Assembly (NCBI GenBank): GCA_963711835.1
Contig: CAVQFQ010000017.1
Location: 448,001 to 512,000 of the forward strand
DNA: 64,000 bases
DNA from: an uncultured delta proteobacterium
GTDB taxonomy: Bacteria; Desulfobacterota; RBG-13-43-22
Direction: 5' to 3'
The notes beneath the pieces are model-generated. The model saw nothing but the letters and a program-made list of their open reading frames with translations. It was not told where the DNA came from and searched no databases. Position numbers and translations under genes: made by a program. Shown here in pieces: positions 42,681-52,213 of the stretch. The stretch's first letter is position 1. Each line of letters opens with the position of its first letter.

Positions 42681-43658
42681 GTGAGACTGCCCAAATTTAA
42701 TTATCTGGAGCCCGAAAGCATCGAGGAAGCAGCTTCTATGCTCCTGGATGACGAGGGGGCCAAGATACTCGCCGGAGGGACGGATCTTCTGGTCAACATG
42801 AAACATCGCCTTGAGGTCCCGGCGACCCTGGTCAACTTGAAGAAGATTAAGGGGCTGGATGCCATCCATCTGGATAACGGAAACTTGAGGATCGGAGCCC
42901 TGACGCCCCTGAAAAAAATAGTTCAGGATCCCTCCATTGTAGAAAAAATTCCGGTCCTGGCCCAGGCGGCCTCCTCAGTGGGCTCTTACCACCACCAGAC
43001 CATGGGGACTATCGGCGGCAATATCTGCCAGCAGAACCGATGCAAATATTATAATCAGTCTCAATGGTGGAGAAGCACCAATGTCCCATGCCTCAAGGTG
43101 GGTGGGGCCGTCTGCCACGTGGTCCAGAAGCAGGAGACCTGTTTTTCCAGCTACTGCGGGGACCTGGCCCCGGCCCTGTTAGCCCTGGAGGCCAGGGCCA
43201 TTTTCAGGAGCCGGATAGACTTCCGGGAAGTCCCGCTGGAAGAACTTTTTTCAGGAGACGGCCAGGCCCCCCTGGCAATAAAAAAGGGGGAGATCCTTTC
43301 AGAGATTGTCATTCCTAAGAGTTCTATGAACGGAGATTCAACCTATGTCAAGTTTGCCAACCGGGAAAGCATTGATTTTCCCATCGTCGGCATGGCTTTT
43401 CAGACCTCTCCGGAGAAGAGGGAATACCGGGTCGCCTTTACGGCCGTGGACCGGCGCCCCCTAAGAGGGCGCCAGGTTGAATCGCTCCTCAATGGCAAGG
43501 CTTTGACCCAGGAACTGATAGAAGAGGCTTCCGAACTGGCGACCCGAGAGGCCAAGCCGGTGAAAAATTCCATTTATTCACCGGCCTATAAAAGAAAGTT
43601 GATGGGTATCCTGCTTCAAAGCGTCATGAGCAAAAGGATAAGGGGGTTAAACGAATGA
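42681..43658 (+). CDS. hcrB: 4-hydroxybenzoyl-CoA reductase beta-like FAD/[4Fe-4S] subunit
   Basis: AGGTDL, TIGGNIC plus the Cys-rich insert RCKYYNQSQWWR...CLK.GG..CHV...C typical of HcrB. Confidence 0.8.
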   Translation: MRLPKFNYLEPESIEEAASMLLDDEGAKILAGGTDLLVNMKHRLEVPATLVNLKKIKGLDAIHLDNGNLRIGALTPLKKIVQDPSIVEKIPVLAQAASSVGSYHHQTMGTIGGNICQQNRCKYYNQSQWWRSTNVPCLKVGGAVCHVVQKQETCFSSYCGDLAPALLALEARAIFRSRIDFREVPLEELFSGDGQAPLAIKKGEILSEIVIPKSSMNGDSTYVKFANRESIDFPIVGMAFQTSPEKREYRVAFTAVDRRPLRGRQVESLLNGKALTQELIEEASELATREAKPVKNSIYSPAYKRKLMGILLQSVMSKRIRGLNE

Positions 43659-44131
43659 AACAAATTATTGAACTGTCCATCAATGGCGACCGGGTCGAAG
43701 TGCCGGCGTCGCCTAATAACACCCTTCTGGAGATTTTAAGGGACAAACTGGGACTGATGGGTACCAAGCGGGGCTGTGATCTCGGGGCCTGCGGGGCCTG
43801 CACGGTCCTGATCAACGGGGAGGCCTTTCTCTCCTGTATCATGCTGGCTATGGATGCGGTTGGAAAAGAGATTACGACCATAGAAGGATTGGGCGAGGGG
43901 GGAGCGCTTCATCCCCTGCAGCAGGCCTTTGTCGAAAAGGGCGGCATCCAGTGCGGCTTCTGCACCCCGGGCATGATCCTGACCGCCCAGGCGGTCTTGA
44001 ACGAAGATAAAAACCCCACCGAGGAGACCATTAAGAAAAAGATGGCCGGCAACCTCTGCCGCTGCACCGGATATAAAAAAGTCATTGAAGCGGTCCTGAG
44101 CGTCCCCGGCCAGGTCGGGAAGGAGGTCTAA
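43655..44131 (+). CDS. hcrC: 2x[2Fe-2S] subunit (HcrC/CoxS-like)
   Basis: GCDLGACGACTV, QCGFCTPG, NLCRCTGY. Confidence 0.8.
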   Translation: MKQIIELSINGDRVEVPASPNNTLLEILRDKLGLMGTKRGCDLGACGACTVLINGEAFLSCIMLAMDAVGKEITTIEGLGEGGALHPLQQAFVEKGGIQCGFCTPGMILTAQAVLNEDKNPTEETIKKKMAGNLCRCTGYKKVIEAVLSVPGQVGKEV

Positions 44132-46417
44132 ATGGAAAAAGAATTTCAGGTCGTCGGACAGCGCCTGCCCATGCATGATGCGGCCGCCAAGGCCAAAGGA
44201 ACGGCCCTATTCACGGACGATATCGTTCTTCCGGGAATGCTTCATGGAAAGATTCTAAGGAGTCCCCTACCTCATGCCCGAATCCTGGCCATCGATATCT
44301 CCCGGGCCAAGAAACTTCCCGGTGTAAAAGGCGTGGTAACCGGCCAGGATATCCCGGATCGGCAATACGGCATTGTGCCCAAGGCCAGGGATGAATACGC
44401 CCTGGCCCGGGGGAAAGTCAGATATATCGGTGATGATGTAGCCGCTGTCTGCGCCATCGATCCGGAGATTGCCGAAGAGGCCCTCGAACTGATTAAAGTG
44501 GAATACGAAGAGCTTCCGGCCGTATTTGATCCCCTGGAGGCCATCAAAGAAGATGCCCCGGTAATACATGAGGGTGTTAAAAATAATACCTCCATTTATA
44601 TCCGGAAGGAATTCGGTGATGTGGAAAAGGCCTTTGCTGAAAGCGATTACGTCTTTGAAGACTCCTTCTATTCCCAGCCGGTCAATCATGCCCCCCTGGA
44701 ACCCCACGCGGCCCTTGCCCAGTATGATCCGCTACGAGGTGAATTCACCGTCTATTCCTCTACCCAGATACCCTTCTTCCTGCGACGGAATCTCTCGGCC
44801 ACACTCAAGGTTCCGGAATCCAGTGTTCGGGTCATCAAGCCCAAGGTGGGCGGCGGGTTCGGACAAAAAATAGACATGTTCGCCAAGGATTTCTGCGCCG
44901 CCTGGTTTGCTAGGGAGACGGGCCGGCCGGTCAAGTTTGTCTATGAGCGGGAAGAACTCTTCATCGCCACCCGGCAGCGGCATCCCATGACTATAACGGT
45001 TAAGACCGGCATGAAGAAAGACGGCACCATCATGGCCCAAAAATTCAAGGCCTATGCCGACGGCGGGGCCTATAACAGCACGGCCCCGACCATGATCGCC
45101 CTTTCCTGTTATTTTCTCATGATCCCCTACCGGGTGCCCAACCTGATTTACGAAGGGCATCATGTTTACACCAACAAACCGGTGGGCGGAGCCATGCGGG
45201 GCCACGGTATCCCCCAGGCCCGTTTTGCCGTGGAACGCCAGTTGGATATGATCGCCGATCGAATTGGTATTGATCCGGTTGATCTGCGGTTGAAAAACAG
45301 CATTCATGCCGGCGAGCCGCATCCGGCCAAATTTATCATCAACTCCTGCGGCTTTTCCGACTGCGTCGTCAAGGCGGCTGAGGCCATAGGCTGGAAGGAG
45401 AAAAGAGGAAAAATGCCCAGAGGAAGAGGCGTGGGAATCGCCGGGGCCTCTTTCCCCAGCGGGGTCAGCAACATGAGTCATATCAGCTCCGGGGCGGTGG
45501 TTCAATTGGGGCAGGACGGCGCCGTCAATGTCCTTTCCGGGGCCGCCGACATCGGTCAGGGCGCTGAAACGGTCATCTCTCAGATTGTTGCGGAGGTGCT
45601 GGGCGTGCCCATGGAGGATGTCAGGATCACCGCCGCCGACACAGGCATCACTCCCCTGGATCCGGGGACTTTCGGAAGCGGCGTGACCGTCAGGGCCGGC
45701 AATGCGGCCCGTTTGGCTGCCCTGGTGGTCAGGGAGAAGATCTTCAAATTCGTGGCCGACAAACTGGAAGCCAATAGCGACGATCTGGTGGCCCGGGATA
45801 GGACCATCTTTGTCAAAGGTTCTCCGGACCGGGGGATGTCCTTGAAGGAGGCCATCAAAGGGTATCAGTATGCGGACCTGCCCATGCCCATTATGGGAAG
45901 ATCGGCCTGGTTTCCACCGGCTACCGAACCAACCACCCTCTTCAAGGAAGACGGCAATTTCGCACCCAGCTATTCCTTTATGGCCCAGGCGGCTGAAGTG
46001 GATGTTAATCTGGAGACCGGTCAGGTGAAACTTCTGAAGATGGTCACGGCCCATGACTGCGGCCGGGCCATCAACCCCATGCTGGTTGAGGGCCAATTGG
46101 AAGGTTCGGTTGTGGGCGGTATGGGACAGGCCCTCTATGAGAACGTCATTGTTGAAAAAGGGCAGGTGATGAATCCTTCTTTTCTGGATTATGGTTTCCC
46201 CACCTTTCTTGAGATGCCCGAAATAGAGGCCATCGAGGTTGAAACCGACGACCCGGTGGGGCCCTTTGGGGCCAAGGAAGCCGGCGAAGGAACCCAGTTA
46301 TCCCCGGCCCCGGCCATTGTCAATGCCATCTATGATGCCATCGGCATTGATTTCAAGGAACTGCCCGTCACACCCGAAAGGGTCCTCCAGGCCTTGGAAG
46401 AGAAAAAGAAACCTTGA
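44132..46417 (+). CDS. hcrA: Molybdopterin-binding subunit (HcrA/xanthine oxidase family)
   Basis: GGGFG, AMRGHG, DIGQG, GQLEG, GAKEAGEG. Confidence 0.8.
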   Translation: MEKEFQVVGQRLPMHDAAAKAKGTALFTDDIVLPGMLHGKILRSPLPHARILAIDISRAKKLPGVKGVVTGQDIPDRQYGIVPKARDEYALARGKVRYIGDDVAAVCAIDPEIAEEALELIKVEYEELPAVFDPLEAIKEDAPVIHEGVKNNTSIYIRKEFGDVEKAFAESDYVFEDSFYSQPVNHAPLEPHAALAQYDPLRGEFTVYSSTQIPFFLRRNLSATLKVPESSVRVIKPKVGGGFGQKIDMFAKDFCAAWFARETGRPVKFVYEREELFIATRQRHPMTITVKTGMKKDGTIMAQKFKAYADGGAYNSTAPTMIALSCYFLMIPYRVPNLIYEGHHVYTNKPVGGAMRGHGIPQARFAVERQLDMIADRIGIDPVDLRLKNSIHAGEPHPAKFIINSCGFSDCVVKAAEAIGWKEKRGKMPRGRGVGIAGASFPSGVSNMSHISSGAVVQLGQDGAVNVLSGAADIGQGAETVISQIVAEVLGVPMEDVRITAADTGITPLDPGTFGSGVTVRAGNAARLAALVVREKIFKFVADKLEANSDDLVARDRTIFVKGSPDRGMSLKEAIKGYQYADLPMPIMGRSAWFPPATEPTTLFKEDGNFAPSYSFMAQAAEVDVNLETGQVKLLKMVTAHDCGRAINPMLVEGQLEGSVVGGMGQALYENVIVEKGQVMNPSFLDYGFPTFLEMPEIEAIEVETDDPVGPFGAKEAGEGTQLSPAPAIVNAIYDAIGIDFKELPVTPERVLQALEEKKKP

Positions 46418-46468
46418 CAGGAAACCGGCAATTCCTTAAAATAAAAGTAAGGCAAAATATTCCTTACT
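46414..46468 (+). promoter_or_regulatory. sigma70 promoter and operator of the TA module
   Basis: TTGACA-17-TAAAAT overlapping the hcrA stop; palindrome AGTAAGG-N9-CCTTACT. Confidence 0.7.
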
Positions 46469-46480
46469 TAGAGGTGACGC

Positions 46481-46720
46481 ATGATCGTCGCAAAAATAAC
46501 GTCCAAAGGGCAGGTGACCATCCCCAAAAAGGTCAGGGAAAAACTTGGGGTTCAGCCCGGAGAAGGTCTGGGTTTTGAAGAAAAAGGAAACCTGATTCTT
46601 ATCAGGAAAGCGGTAACCAAATCTCCCTTTGACCGGTGGGTGGGTAAGCTGAAACATCTTAAGGGGCGACGAAGCGACGACCTGGTCAGGGATATTCGGG
46701 GTCATGATAACGGCCGTTGA
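46481..46720 (+). CDS. AbrB/MazE-family antitoxin
   Basis: AKITSKGQVTIPKKVREKLG. Confidence 0.92.
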   Translation: MIVAKITSKGQVTIPKKVREKLGVQPGEGLGFEEKGNLILIRKAVTKSPFDRWVGKLKHLKGRRSDDLVRDIRGHDNGR

Positions 46721-47199
46721 CACCAACTATTATCCTCGATGTCCTTATTCCGGATGAACCTTTCCGACCGTCCTCCAAAAACCTTTTGGACCTGCATTTA
46801 TCAAAGGGCAAGCTCATCCTTTGCGAGATCGTCTTTGCCGAACTGGCAGCTCACTTCCCATCCGAACCTGAACTCAGACTGTTTCTGACCGAAACCGGGA
46901 TGCGGCTGGAATATTCAAACGAGAAGTCGCTCTATATTGCCGGCACCAGATGGGCCAACTATGCCAAAAAGGGAAACAAAGACCGGTTTATTTGCGGCCA
47001 ATGCAACCAGGTCTTTGCTGCAGCCTGCCCGAAATGCTCGACGGCCTTCACCAAAAGGCTTCATGTCTTGGGGGATTTCCTCATAGGGGCCCATGCTCTG
47101 GTAAAGGCCGACTGCCTGCTTTCCCGTGACCTCGGGATCTATAAGACCTACTTCAGGGATCTCAAGGTAGTCAACTCGAATAATCCATCGGCCGGTTAG
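46704..47199 (+). CDS. VapC/PIN toxin with Zn-ribbon insert (1-nt frameshift near 46728)
   Basis: MITAVDTN(+1)IILDVL, EIVFAEL, CGQC..CPKC, GDFLIGAHA, LSRD. Confidence 0.8.
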
Positions 47200-47258
47200 A
47201 GTGACAGCCTTATATTTTCAGCAGCAAATTCGATGCAAAGAAAATAGAGTTGATAAAC

Positions 47259-47303
47259 AGACCTGAACCTCGCTCCGCTTTTTCTTGTACTATAATTACC
47301 AGA
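47259..47303. repeat. 45-bp direct repeat, copy 1 (copy 2 at 51675-51719)
   Basis: AGACCTGAACCTCGCTCCGCTTTTTCTTGTACTATAATTACCAGA is identical in both places and begins with the REP-like core. Confidence 0.9.
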
Positions 47304-47468
47304 TAACTAAGAGCCAAGAGCAGACCCTTTCATCGCCCTGCAAAAAAAAGATAGTTTTTTGCAATGAAGATTTTTTTCTCTTGACATGGCCTTTTAATGG
47401 GTGACTCTTTCACTTCTGTGATATCTTCAAAATACCTTCTTGCCATGCTTGCCTGTCGTCTCCTCTAC

Positions 47469-47553
47469 GTCTAACACCGTATTCAGCCGCCGACCGACCA
47501 CCCATTAGGAGAAATACTCGCTACCCACGGTCGGCTGCAATAATTGGTTGGCA
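47469..47553 (-). mobile_element. Integron attC site
   Basis: On the minus strand TGCCAAC...GTTAGAC with imperfect stem TATTGCAGCCG/CGGCTGAATA (one extrahelical base), directly after the relE stop. Confidence 0.8.
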
Positions 47554-47556
47554 GGT

Positions 47557-47892
47557 TTACAGTTTCAAATCGATAAGTCTTCTCAGAAGAATATCCTCAA
47601 CGTTCTGCCGGGAATCCAGCACAGACAGAACGTATACCTTGTTCTCCGAAACTCTATATATGATCCGCCATGGTGGAATAATCATCTCACGATACTGCGT
47701 AACCCCGTGATCCAGCAATTCCGGAACAATACGGCCTCTATCAGGGAAAACTCGAAGCCTTGACGCTCTTTCCTTAATGCTTTTGAATACCTCGTTAGCT
47801 TGATGAGGGTTATCGTCGGCGATGTACTGAACGATCGTAATAAGATCGCTCTCTGAAGTGTCCGACCATCGCACGTCGTAGCGTTTCTTCAT
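47557..47892 (-). CDS. RelE/ParE family toxin
   Basis: YDVRWS..SESDL..I..YI, FPDRGRIVPEL, YRE...WRIIYRV, LDSRQN. Confidence 0.92.
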   Translation of the reverse strand: MKKRYDVRWSDTSESDLITIVQYIADDNPHQANEVFKSIKERASRLRVFPDRGRIVPELLDHGVTQYREMIIPPWRIIYRVSENKVYVLSVLDSRQNVEDILLRRLIDLKL

Positions 47893-48170
47893 TTCATCTT
47901 TTCTTTCAGAATTGTCTCAATGTTTGCAAATACTTCTTCCTGAGACTTTGTTTTTCCGCGTCTCACGTCTTCTTCGCCTTGGGAAAGGAGCTTCAAAATC
48001 CCTATGGCGTTCCTCATGTTTTCATAGCTCTTAGGGTCCTGGAGCACGGCCCGGGGTTCTCCATTTTGGGTAATGATCACAGGCCGATGCGTTTCATTTA
48101 TTTGTTTCAACAAATCGGGAGCCTTTGATTTTAGATAAGTAATTGGCTTGATATCTTTTGAAATATTCAT
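47889..48170 (-). CDS. Phd/YefM family antitoxin
   Basis: DIKPITYLK...RPVIITQNGEPRAVL; ATGA-coupled to the toxin. Confidence 0.92.
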   Translation of the reverse strand: MNISKDIKPITYLKSKAPDLLKQINETHRPVIITQNGEPRAVLQDPKSYENMRNAIGILKLLSQGEEDVRRGKTKSQEEVFANIETILKEKMK

Positions 48171-48378
48171 GTCATCACCTCCAGTCTTTATATGGTACTA
48201 TAAAAAGACTGGTTGTCAATTCTTTTGGTGTTTCCTGCTCTCGCCAAATCGGGAAAACCGTCTTTTTTAGCCTCAAAAAACTCATTATAGGCCCATTTTA
48301 AAGGGTACAGATGATAATATTCCCTGCCAGATCAAGAAGTTGTCGAGGCCCGACCCCGTTAAGTAAGTCCTATTTATT

Positions 48379-49266
48379 TCAAACATTGGCTTTCACAGCA
48401 TGTTGAGAAATGGCGTCTACTATTTCTGCCCAAACCCCTTTTGGCATGTCATGCCCCATTCCATTAATTATAAATAATCTTGCCCCTGGTATCACCCGAG
48501 CTGTATTTTTTCCTCCTTCGACCGGTATCAGCGGATCATCAGCCCCATGAATTACAAGTGTTGGGACTTTAATAGTTGAAAGCGACGGTCTTCGATCGCC
48601 ATTGACAAGAATAGCTATGTTTTGACGAGCCATTCCCTGCGGGTAGTATGAACGATCATAGCTCTTCTCTATGAACGTACGAGCTCTCTTTTCCTCAAAT
48701 GGAAATCCTGGACTCCAAAGCCTCCGCCATATATTCATATTGTGTTCAATATATGCTTCGCGTTCCTCTGGTGCCGGCGCGATAACAGTAGCTATTGTTT
48801 CCGGTTCCCCCTGCGGAAGATCAGGATTTCCTGTGGTCGACATTATTGAAGTGAGACTCAGGACATGTTTTGGATGTCGATAGGAGATAACCTGGGCTAT
48901 CATACCGCCCATTGAAGCACCACAGATATGTGCCTTCTCAATGCCTAAAGCATTAAGTAAACCAACGGCGTCATCTGCCATATCATCGAGAGAATATGCT
49001 GATTCCACAGGCTTGCCTTCCATTAAAGCTTTGATTGCAGCCGGAAAGTCAGGAATTCCTGCTTCTTCAAATTTTGTCGAAAGACCTGCATCCCGGTTGT
49101 CAAACCGAATCACAAAGTAACCATTTTTTGCAAATAACTCGCAGAATTCGACTTCCCAAAAAATCATCTGAGCCCCATTACCTGCAACTAATAATAATGC
49201 CGGGGTAGAACTATCACCGAAAGTATCATATTCAATCTGGATTCCATTGGCCGTCACATTAGGCAT
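48379..49266 (-). CDS. Alpha/beta fold hydrolase
   Basis: RFDNRDAGLS, GASMGG nucleophile elbow, HGADDPL, GMGH; AT-rich. Confidence 0.92.
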   Translation of the reverse strand: MPNVTANGIQIEYDTFGDSSTPALLLVAGNGAQMIFWEVEFCELFAKNGYFVIRFDNRDAGLSTKFEEAGIPDFPAAIKALMEGKPVESAYSLDDMADDAVGLLNALGIEKAHICGASMGGMIAQVISYRHPKHVLSLTSIMSTTGNPDLPQGEPETIATVIAPAPEEREAYIEHNMNIWRRLWSPGFPFEEKRARTFIEKSYDRSYYPQGMARQNIAILVNGDRRPSLSTIKVPTLVIHGADDPLIPVEGGKNTARVIPGARLFIINGMGHDMPKGVWAEIVDAISQHAVKANV

Positions 49267-49454
49267 TGCTGACTCCTTTTCCTGTTAATATCGTGAATTA
49301 CTATATTTATCTTGACCCACAACATGGGCGTCATTCGGAGCCGGCTTTTTCGGCGATCGAGGTTTGGGGCCAGGTCTTGAAATATCACTTTTATTGTTTC
49401 CTCTACCTCACTATCAATCGGGCGAGAAGTAGGGCTGAACCAAGGATAACCGGT

Positions 49455-49823
49455 TTATTCGATCCTGATCTTTGCGGCCCCTTTTTCCTTCTTCAGTAAG
49501 GTAGGGTCCTCTAATAATCTTCCCACCATGTTGACCTCGCTGGCCGGGACCGGATCGGAACCGGTGCTCATGGGGGTTGGACCGAAAAATATGGCCAGGG
49601 CTTTGCCCGGAGGCCAATACCCGATATCACCGGCCTTCACCCTCCGGGTGGCCGATTCATCCAGGGGCATATTGACCGGAATCTCAAAATAGAACTCATC
49701 GCCCCATTCATTAGGCCGGGTTTCGAGGGGGAGGCTGGCGAAAACGGCCTGGGCACAAGGAGAATCGAAGAGTTCGGCGTTTAGGGTTGTCTGTCCGATG
49801 AAAATTTTAATTGGGTTCGGCAT
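49455..49823 (-). CDS. Cyclophilin-like fold protein
   Basis: WGDEFYF, GDIGYWPPGKALAIFFGPTP, PASEVN. Confidence 0.85.
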   Translation of the reverse strand: MPNPIKIFIGQTTLNAELFDSPCAQAVFASLPLETRPNEWGDEFYFEIPVNMPLDESATRRVKAGDIGYWPPGKALAIFFGPTPMSTGSDPVPASEVNMVGRLLEDPTLLKKEKGAAKIRIE

Positions 49824-49870
49824 AGTTGAAAATAAAGAAATCGTGCCTCTCTATCTAAGGTCTATCTAAG

Positions 49871-49931
49871 GCCCAACATCGGGCGTCAGTGGCGCGGCAC
49901 CGCCGCGTTCGCCTGGATGCACTGGTTAGCC
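49871..49931 (-). mobile_element. Integron attC site
   Basis: Minus strand GGCTAAC...GTTGGGC with stem GCATCCAG/CTGACGC. Confidence 0.78.
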
Positions 49932-50224
49932 ATTTGCTAAAAACCCTTTGTGAAACATGACAGTGCCTTTATAGGGCCAAGGCCATACCAATTAAGGCTG
50001 CCATCGGAAATTGCTATAGGCGAGAACGCTATATGGCCGACCACTTTTCCATTAACTTCTGCGACTAGCGAAATGGTCAGCGCATTGGCATCACGTAATG
50101 CATTTATTATGAATTGTTCCGTATGATTACTAATTGCAAGATTCTGGAAGGCTGCAATGGTAACTTTCGATATCGCTTCAATATCTGAAATTGTTTCATT
50201 CCTTATGATCATTTTAAACTCCAT
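49926..50224 (-). pseudogene. GNAT acetyltransferase gene cassette with internal deletion
   Basis: IIRNE...LTISLVAE...VGHIAFSP...WYGLGP jumps directly to the C-terminal GTVMFHKGFLANG* in another frame. Confidence 0.75.
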
Positions 50225-50263
50225 ATTCGGACAGGATATTTATTTGGTGGCTAATGGGTCATA

Positions 50264-51192
50264 GGGTCAGGTCTTGAAATATCACTTTTTATTTTTCTCT
50301 GCTTTTGCCATCACCTTACTGACAGTAGTATAATGAATTCCCAAATAGTCCGCAATTTCTTTCAGGGTATATCCTTGGCTCATATGAGCACGGCGGATGC
50401 TTATATTTCTTTGGTCTTTTGTTTTCTGTCCCCTAAAAATATTATCGAGGCTTGGCCTGCCTATATATCTCTGTGAGCGAGGAATTTCCTTTATCTGTTT
50501 TTTGTCTTCTAAAACATCCTTGAATTTTTCAACAAATTCCTCTTCTCCCAACAATACTTGATTCTGAAGCTCTTCCCATGAAGCACTCCCATGGATTCCC
50601 TCCTGTACAAACGACCGGTATCGCCTTTTGGCAATAGTTCTTCGAGAGTTGAAAAAACCCAGAATCCAGCCAGTGGTGAGGTACTCCGGCTCTTTGCCTA
50701 TTCCTGCCGTGGCCAGATAGCTGCTCCATCTCCAAGCCTCGATCTTTTTGACTATCCCGGCCCGCACAGGATTCAATACAACATATCGGCAGAGTTCAAG
50801 AAGATAGTTTTCTTTTTGGACTAAAATTGCCTTGAAACGTCCTTGAAAAATATGACCAGGTTTTTGGTGTCTTCTATTATAGCGTTGAGTATAGACACCG
50901 TTCAATTGGCGCATACCTGACGAAAGGTTGGCATCGGGTGTTTCGATCATAAGATGGTAGTGGTTATCCATGAGACAATAGGCATGACAGAGCCAGTTGT
51001 ATCGTTTGACAACGGAGCCTAAGATAGAAAGGAATATCTGCCGATCCTGATCATCTTCGAATATATCTTTACGCCCATTCCCTCGGGATGTGACATGATA
51101 GACTGCACCAGGATATTCAATTCGTAACGGTCTGGCCATAAGATAATCCTAATAAAAAATTACTTATATTCTGATATTTCAAGACCTGACCC
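50264..51192. mobile_element. RAYT/REPtron-like element with perfect 21-bp inverted ends
   Basis: GGGTCAGGTCTTGAAATATCA (50264-50284) and its exact reverse complement (51172-51192) bracket the transposase gene. Confidence 0.85.
50282..51139 (-). CDS. REP-associated tyrosine transposase (Y1 HuH, RAYT-like) with C-terminal HTH
   Basis: YHVTSRGN, AYCLMDNHYHL (HuH), FQGRFKA, YVVLNPVRAG, WSSY, TLKEIADYLGIHYTTVS. Confidence 0.9.
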   Translation of the reverse strand: MARPLRIEYPGAVYHVTSRGNGRKDIFEDDQDRQIFLSILGSVVKRYNWLCHAYCLMDNHYHLMIETPDANLSSGMRQLNGVYTQRYNRRHQKPGHIFQGRFKAILVQKENYLLELCRYVVLNPVRAGIVKKIEAWRWSSYLATAGIGKEPEYLTTGWILGFFNSRRTIAKRRYRSFVQEGIHGSASWEELQNQVLLGEEEFVEKFKDVLEDKKQIKEIPRSQRYIGRPSLDNIFRGQKTKDQRNISIRRAHMSQGYTLKEIADYLGIHYTTVSKVMAKAEKNKK

Positions 51193-51202
51193 CACTGACC
51201 CC

Positions 51203-51510
51203 TGGGACAGGCCCTCTATGAGAACGTCATTGTTGAAAAAGGGCAGGTGATGAACCCTTCTTTTCTGGATTATGGTTTCCCCACCTTTCTGGAGATGCCC
51301 GAAATAGAGGCCATCGAGGTTGAAACCGACGACCCGGTGGGGCCCTTCGGGGCCAAGGAAGCCGGCGAAGGAACCCAGTTATCCCCGGCCCCGGCGATTG
51401 TCAATGCCATCTACGATGCCATCGGCATTGATTTCAAGGAACTGCCCGTCACCCCGGAAAAGGTCCTTCAGTCTTTGGAGGAGAAAAAGAAGCAGTCCCA
51501 AGAAAGATAG
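51203..51510 (+). pseudogene. Duplicated 3' end of hcrA
   Basis: 51203-51491 is a near-identical copy of 46122-46410, with a different C-terminus (KKKQSQER*). Confidence 0.92.
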
Positions 51511-51711
51511 CCTCCCCTTTTTCTTCTCGTGAGGTTATCGTGCCTCCAACCGTTTCTTTTATCGCCTCAAAGGTACGATGGTTTGAATTGTGGCGTTTTG
51601 GCACAGCACCCAATTGCCTAAAGAACCCCAAAATTTAATCAGGCATCTAAAAACAAGTTAGAGGTCAAGAAAATAGACCTGAACCTCGCTCCGCTTTTTC
51701 TTGTACTATAA

Positions 51712-52128
51712 TTACCAGACTGAACGGCTCACCTCCTTCTTCAGCAGCGCAGCGTTTCGTTCCAGGAATTCCATCACGGACTCAACCGCTGCCATCTCAA
51801 CAAGCCCGAGTCCGTAGTGACTCGCCAAGTAGCAGAACGCAAAGGCCAGACGCGGATCTGACAACACCGCACCCTGGCTCGCGAGGTTCGCGACGTAGCT
51901 GGCCAACGCCGAGTCGGTCGCACGCTTCAGGGTCGCGCCGCGAGAAGGCAGGCTTCGAAACTTCAGGGCTACCGCGGGAGCAAGGTGAAAGAGCTCCTGC
52001 TCGTCAATGCGTTGACCGACGGCGGGGCCGAAGGGAATTGCCTCTCGAGCGTCTGCGTACGCCGCCCGGATTTCCTCCAGCCACGCTTCCGGCGTTGCTG
52101 GGAGCTCTCGTTGTTCCAGTCTCTTCAC
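51712..52128 (-). CDS. Hypothetical cassette protein
   Basis: 138-aa ORF directly after an attC; stop codon lies inside the 45-bp repeat. Confidence 0.65.
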   Translation of the reverse strand: MKRLEQRELPATPEAWLEEIRAAYADAREAIPFGPAVGQRIDEQELFHLAPAVALKFRSLPSRGATLKRATDSALASYVANLASQGAVLSDPRLAFAFCYLASHYGLGLVEMAAVESVMEFLERNAALLKKEVSRSVW

Positions 52129-52142
52129 ATCTTCCTCGTGAA

Positions 52143-52206
52143 GCCCAACGCCCCGGCTGACCCGACGGGTGCTTTTGCCCGGTCGGTGTCGAGCCGGTTG
52201 TTATGT
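52143..52206 (-). mobile_element. Integron attC site
   Basis: Minus strand ACATAAC...GTTGGGC with stem CCGGCTCGAC/GTCAGCCGG; TCACATAAC is complementary to its cassette start TTATGTGA. Confidence 0.82.
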
Positions 52207-52213
52207 GAAGCGA

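Noticed and set aside
47330-47446. Short ORF MARRYFEDIT... after the attC at 47469
   Set aside because: Probably a truncated cassette start (MaoC-like N-terminus), but too short to call.
49850-49871. Tandem 11-bp TCTATCTAAGG next to an attC as a target-site duplication
   Set aside because: The copies are adjacent with nothing between them, so they cannot be tied to a specific element.
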